Positions 17,178 through 17,856 of a stretch of 17,856 bases of DNA are shown here, piece after piece. Every line of letters begins with the position of its first letter. Position 1 is the first letter of the stretch. The position numbers and the translations under genes are program-made. Source of the stretch: Saprospiraceae bacterium (lineage in GTDB: Bacteria > Bacteroidota > Bacteroidia > Chitinophagales > Saprospiraceae). The notes under the pieces are model-generated. The model ran no database searches, was not told the DNA's origin, and saw only the letters and a program-made list of their open reading frames with translations. The DNA is taken from contig JAHDGD010000078.1 of NCBI GenBank assembly GCA_020627825.1, forward strand, positions 1-17,856. The letters are read 5' to 3'.

Positions 17178-17216
17178 GCCTCTCCGTCTAAAAATGGAGG
17201 GGCTTTTTTTGTTTTT
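17178..17216 (+). terminator. Rho-independent terminator downstream of sprA
   Basis: GCCTCTCC (17178..17185) pairs with GGAGGGGC (17196..17203): 8 bp with one G-U wobble. The loop is 10 nt, followed by T7 (17204..17210), then GTTTTT. Confidence 0.7.
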
Positions 17217-17252
17217 GCTGCGTTTGTTTTATAATGAAAGTTATGATAAGCG

Positions 17253-17705
17253 ATGAATATAAGTTTTGATTTAGACAATACGCTCATTCCAAGTGGAAAT
17301 GAATTTGAAATTGAACATCGTAATTTGATTTTAAGATTGCTGGGAATCGAGAAAATTAGAAAAGGTACAAAGCAGTTAATTGATCATTTGCAACGTGAAG
17401 GTCATCAAGTACATATTTATACAACGTCATATAGAAGTAAGAGTAAAATAAGGAGATATTTTCTTTATTATGGAATTAAGGTTGGACAGATTGTAAATGA
17501 AAGAGAAAATAGAAAGGTGTTATATCGCAAGAGAATTCAAGCATCCAAGTATCCTCCTGCATTTAATTTTGACATCCATATCGATGATTCAAAAGGAGTA
17601 GAATTAGAAGGAGCTCTATTTAATTTTAATGTAATTGTTGTCAAACCAAGTGATTTTAATTGGGTGCAAAAAATTCAGCATAAGCTTTTGGTGTTTAAGA
17701 ATTAA
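17253..17705 (+). CDS. Small HAD-superfamily-like phosphatase/hydrolase
   Basis: 150 aa. HAD motif I at the N-terminus (SFDLDNTL), motif II candidate (IYTTS), conserved Lys region (ASKYPP) and motif IV (HIDDS). It is short for a HAD enzyme and has no obvious cap domain. Confidence 0.5.
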   Translation: MNISFDLDNTLIPSGNEFEIEHRNLILRLLGIEKIRKGTKQLIDHLQREGHQVHIYTTSYRSKSKIRRYFLYYGIKVGQIVNERENRKVLYRKRIQASKYPPAFNFDIHIDDSKGVELEGALFNFNVIVVKPSDFNWVQKIQHKLLVFKN

Positions 17706-17709
17706 TAAC

Positions 17710-17856
17710 ATGATAAAAAGATTAGAAAAACTAGAACTGAAAGATTTTGATTTATGTCCTCTATGGGTAGATTTGTATGGAAACAATGATTTGTTGGAAG
17801 GCTTTGTAAAAAGCCTTGATGGTATGTCTCATTTATCAACAAAATATTTACAATAA
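17710..17856 (+). CDS. Hypothetical 48-aa protein (MIKRLEKLELKDFDLCPLWVDLYGNNDLLEGFVKSLDGMSHLSTKYLQ)
   Basis: The ATG at 17710 lies 4 nt after the HAD-like stop. The frame is open to a TAA that is exactly the last codon of the window. No recognisable motif. The longer track ORF (from 17635) would overlap the HAD-like gene by 71 nt. Confidence 0.25.
   Translation: MIKRLEKLELKDFDLCPLWVDLYGNNDLLEGFVKSLDGMSHLSTKYLQ

Noticed and set aside
17635-17709. Longer version of the last ORF, starting at 17635 (MLSNQVILIGCKKF...).
   Set aside because: It would overlap the HAD-like CDS by 71 nt in another frame. The internal ATG at 17710 directly after the HAD-like stop is more plausible.

Overview
AT-rich segment that reads as core chromosome of a Bacteroidota organism (Flavobacteriia/Cytophagia-like). 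Support for this: a giant SprA-type type IX secretion (T9SS) translocon gene, a MurF-like/alanine racemase fusion, a GGGP-synthase (PcrB-family) homolog, and repeated TAnnTTTG (-7) promoter motifs in front of genes. Twelve CDS are supportable. On the minus strand: menA, a GGGPS/PcrB-family gene translationally coupled to a TerB-like gene, sucB, a 5-TM membrane protein, a signal-peptide OMP, and purD. On the plus strand: the murF-like/alr fusion, ruvA, sprA (about 7.35 kb, 41% of the window), a small HAD-like gene and a 48-codon ORF ending at the window edge. I found no rRNA, tRNA, CRISPR array, transposase, integrase, long inverted repeat or recognisable defence or toxin genes. I do not see a convincing novel multi-gene system here. 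The observations most worth follow-up are: the menA / archaeal-type GGGPS / TerB-like cluster; two genes whose ATG sits 5 nt after a -7 promoter box (apparently leaderless); two near-identical palindromic hairpins after stop codons; features of the sprA locus; and a sucB gene detached from sucA and linked to two uncharacterised envelope proteins. All homology calls come from reading motifs in the translations. No database search was run.
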